A DNA stretch of 17,266 nucleotides from an uncultured Anaerolineaceae bacterium. Lineage in GTDB: Bacteria; Chloroflexota; Anaerolineae; Aggregatilineales; Phototrophicaceae. The stretch spans positions 1-17,266 of the forward strand of contig CAYWZS010000090.1 of NCBI GenBank assembly GCA_964462905.1. Direction: 5' to 3'. Positions 15,549 to 17,266 of this stretch are shown piece after piece (position 1 is the first letter of the stretch; every line of letters begins with the position of its first letter). A program made the position numbers and the translations under genes. The notes beneath the pieces were generated by a model, which searched no databases, was not told the origin of the DNA, and was given only the letters and a program-made list of their open reading frames with translations.

Positions 15549-15654
15549 GCATCCCACACAACACACCGGGCCGGGTGGGGCCGAGGCTTCCCCCCCTGGC
15601 CCCCGCTTCACATACACATGATTCGTACACGTACACCACAGGAAAGAGAGACGG

Positions 15655-16530
15655 ATGGTTAAGGTAACAGCAGCAATGGTGAAGGAACTGCGTGAGGCCA
15701 CTGGCGCGGGGCCGCTGGACATCAAAAAGGCGCTGGAGGCTGTAGACGGCGACAAGCAGGCCGCCGTAGACTACCTGCGTGAGAAGGGGATCGCCAAGGC
15801 CGCCAAGAAGCTCGGCAAAGAGCGCAGCATGAACGAGGGCACGGTCGCGCTGTGGCAGGACGCCGAGGAGAACCCGCAGCATGTTGTGATGGTGCAGGTG
15901 GACTGCGAAACGGACTTCGTGGGCACCAACGACAAGTTCGTCGCCTTTAGCGATGAACTGGCTGCACACATCGCCCACGAGTCCCCGGCAGATGTTGAGA
16001 CGCTGATGGGCCAAACACTCCACGATACGGACACCCCGATTGAGGAGCGCCTGAAGGAGACGATTGCCGAGCTAGGCGAGAAAATGCAGGTCGGTGGAAT
16101 GACCAACGTGCAGGCCGAGGGCGGCACGATTGGCGTCTACCAGCACTTCAACAAGCGCATTGGGGCGCTCGTCCGCCTGGACAAGCCGGGCATGGGCGAG
16201 CTGGCCTACGACATCGCCATGCACATCAGCAACCTGAAGCCGGAGTACGTCAGCCGTGACGCTGTCCCCGCCGAGGTGGTGGAGCATGAAAAGGGCGTAC
16301 AGTTGGCGCGTGCGCTGGAAGAGGGCAAACCGCAGAACATCGCGGAGAAGATGGTCGAGGGGCGTATGGGCAAGTTCTACGCCGAGATCGTGCTGCTGGA
16401 GCAGGAGTTCCTGAAGGATGACAGCAAGACTATCGGCCAGTTAGCGAAGGAAAACGGCGTCGAGATCACCGCGATGGCGCGTTTGGCTGTCGGTGAGGGC
16501 GACGAGGACGAAGCCGGGGACGATGAGTAA
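15655..16530 (+). CDS. tsf: Translation elongation factor Ts
   Basis: MVKVTAAMVKELREATGAGPLDIKKALEAVDGDKQAAVDYLREKGIAKAAKK is the canonical EF-Ts N-terminal UBA-like domain. It follows rpsB as in most bacteria. Acidic tail GEGDEDEAGDDE. Confidence 0.95.
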   Translation: MVKVTAAMVKELREATGAGPLDIKKALEAVDGDKQAAVDYLREKGIAKAAKKLGKERSMNEGTVALWQDAEENPQHVVMVQVDCETDFVGTNDKFVAFSDELAAHIAHESPADVETLMGQTLHDTDTPIEERLKETIAELGEKMQVGGMTNVQAEGGTIGVYQHFNKRIGALVRLDKPGMGELAYDIAMHISNLKPEYVSRDAVPAEVVEHEKGVQLARALEEGKPQNIAEKMVEGRMGKFYAEIVLLEQEFLKDDSKTIGQLAKENGVEITAMARLAVGEGDEDEAGDDE

Positions 16531-16580
16531 GCACACGCGCCATTTGGAACGAACCACACGTTTCATCTGCTAAACCCGCA

Positions 16581-16613
16581 GGGGATTGGTTTTTTTGCCA
16601 ATCCCCTTTTTTT
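16581..16613 (+). terminator. Rho-independent terminator after tsf
   Basis: GGGGATTGG (16581-16589), loop ttttttTG, CCAATCCCC (16598-16606), followed by TTTTTTT (16607-16613). Confidence 0.7.
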
Positions 16614-16635
16614 ATGCCTGCAAACCGTTATCTGA

Positions 16636-17266
<631 letters not shown>

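Overview
This 17.3-kb, high-GC (~60%+) window is densely packed with bacterial coding sequence. Gene content is consistent with a Chloroflexota-like or other high-GC Gram-positive-type genome; that attribution is low confidence. I see no rRNA, tRNA, CRISPR array, IS element or prophage signature. Most ORFs in the six-frame track are antisense shadows of the real genes, which is normal in GC-rich DNA. Sixteen genes are supported by the sequence. A xylFGH-type sugar ABC transporter: the binding protein is truncated at the window start, the ATPase has a single nucleotide-binding domain, and the permease follows. A YdjM/DUF457-like membrane hydrolase sits divergent to MutS2 (with Smr domain). A class-I PLP aminotransferase. 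An NfeD (YuaF-like) plus flotillin/SPFH (FloT-like) pair. A polar amino-acid ABC binding protein and permease with no ATPase in the locus. A Trm112-like (UPF0434) small protein co-transcribed with a MerR regulator carrying a GyrI-like effector domain. A DUF89/ARMT1-type damage-control phosphatase. The conserved rpsB-tsf-pyrH block, with pyrH truncated at the window end. The most interesting non-coding signals are in the YdjM/mutS2 divergent control region. It holds a perfect 8-2-8 palindrome, AGCGTTAC-AC-GTAACGCT. It also holds three CTGAAC half-sites, two direct and one inverted, bracketing the predicted mutS2 -10. Other signals are recurrent TATACT -10 hexamers, a motif ([R]GGATTTAG-N1-2-GTGAGG) shared by two 3' intergenic sites, GC-rich nested hairpins inside the amino-acid transporter operon, and a long rpsB leader. 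I see nothing that clearly constitutes a novel defence or mobile system; the candidate of interest is a possibly DNA-damage-linked divergon (YdjM-like/MutS2) with an unassigned operator.
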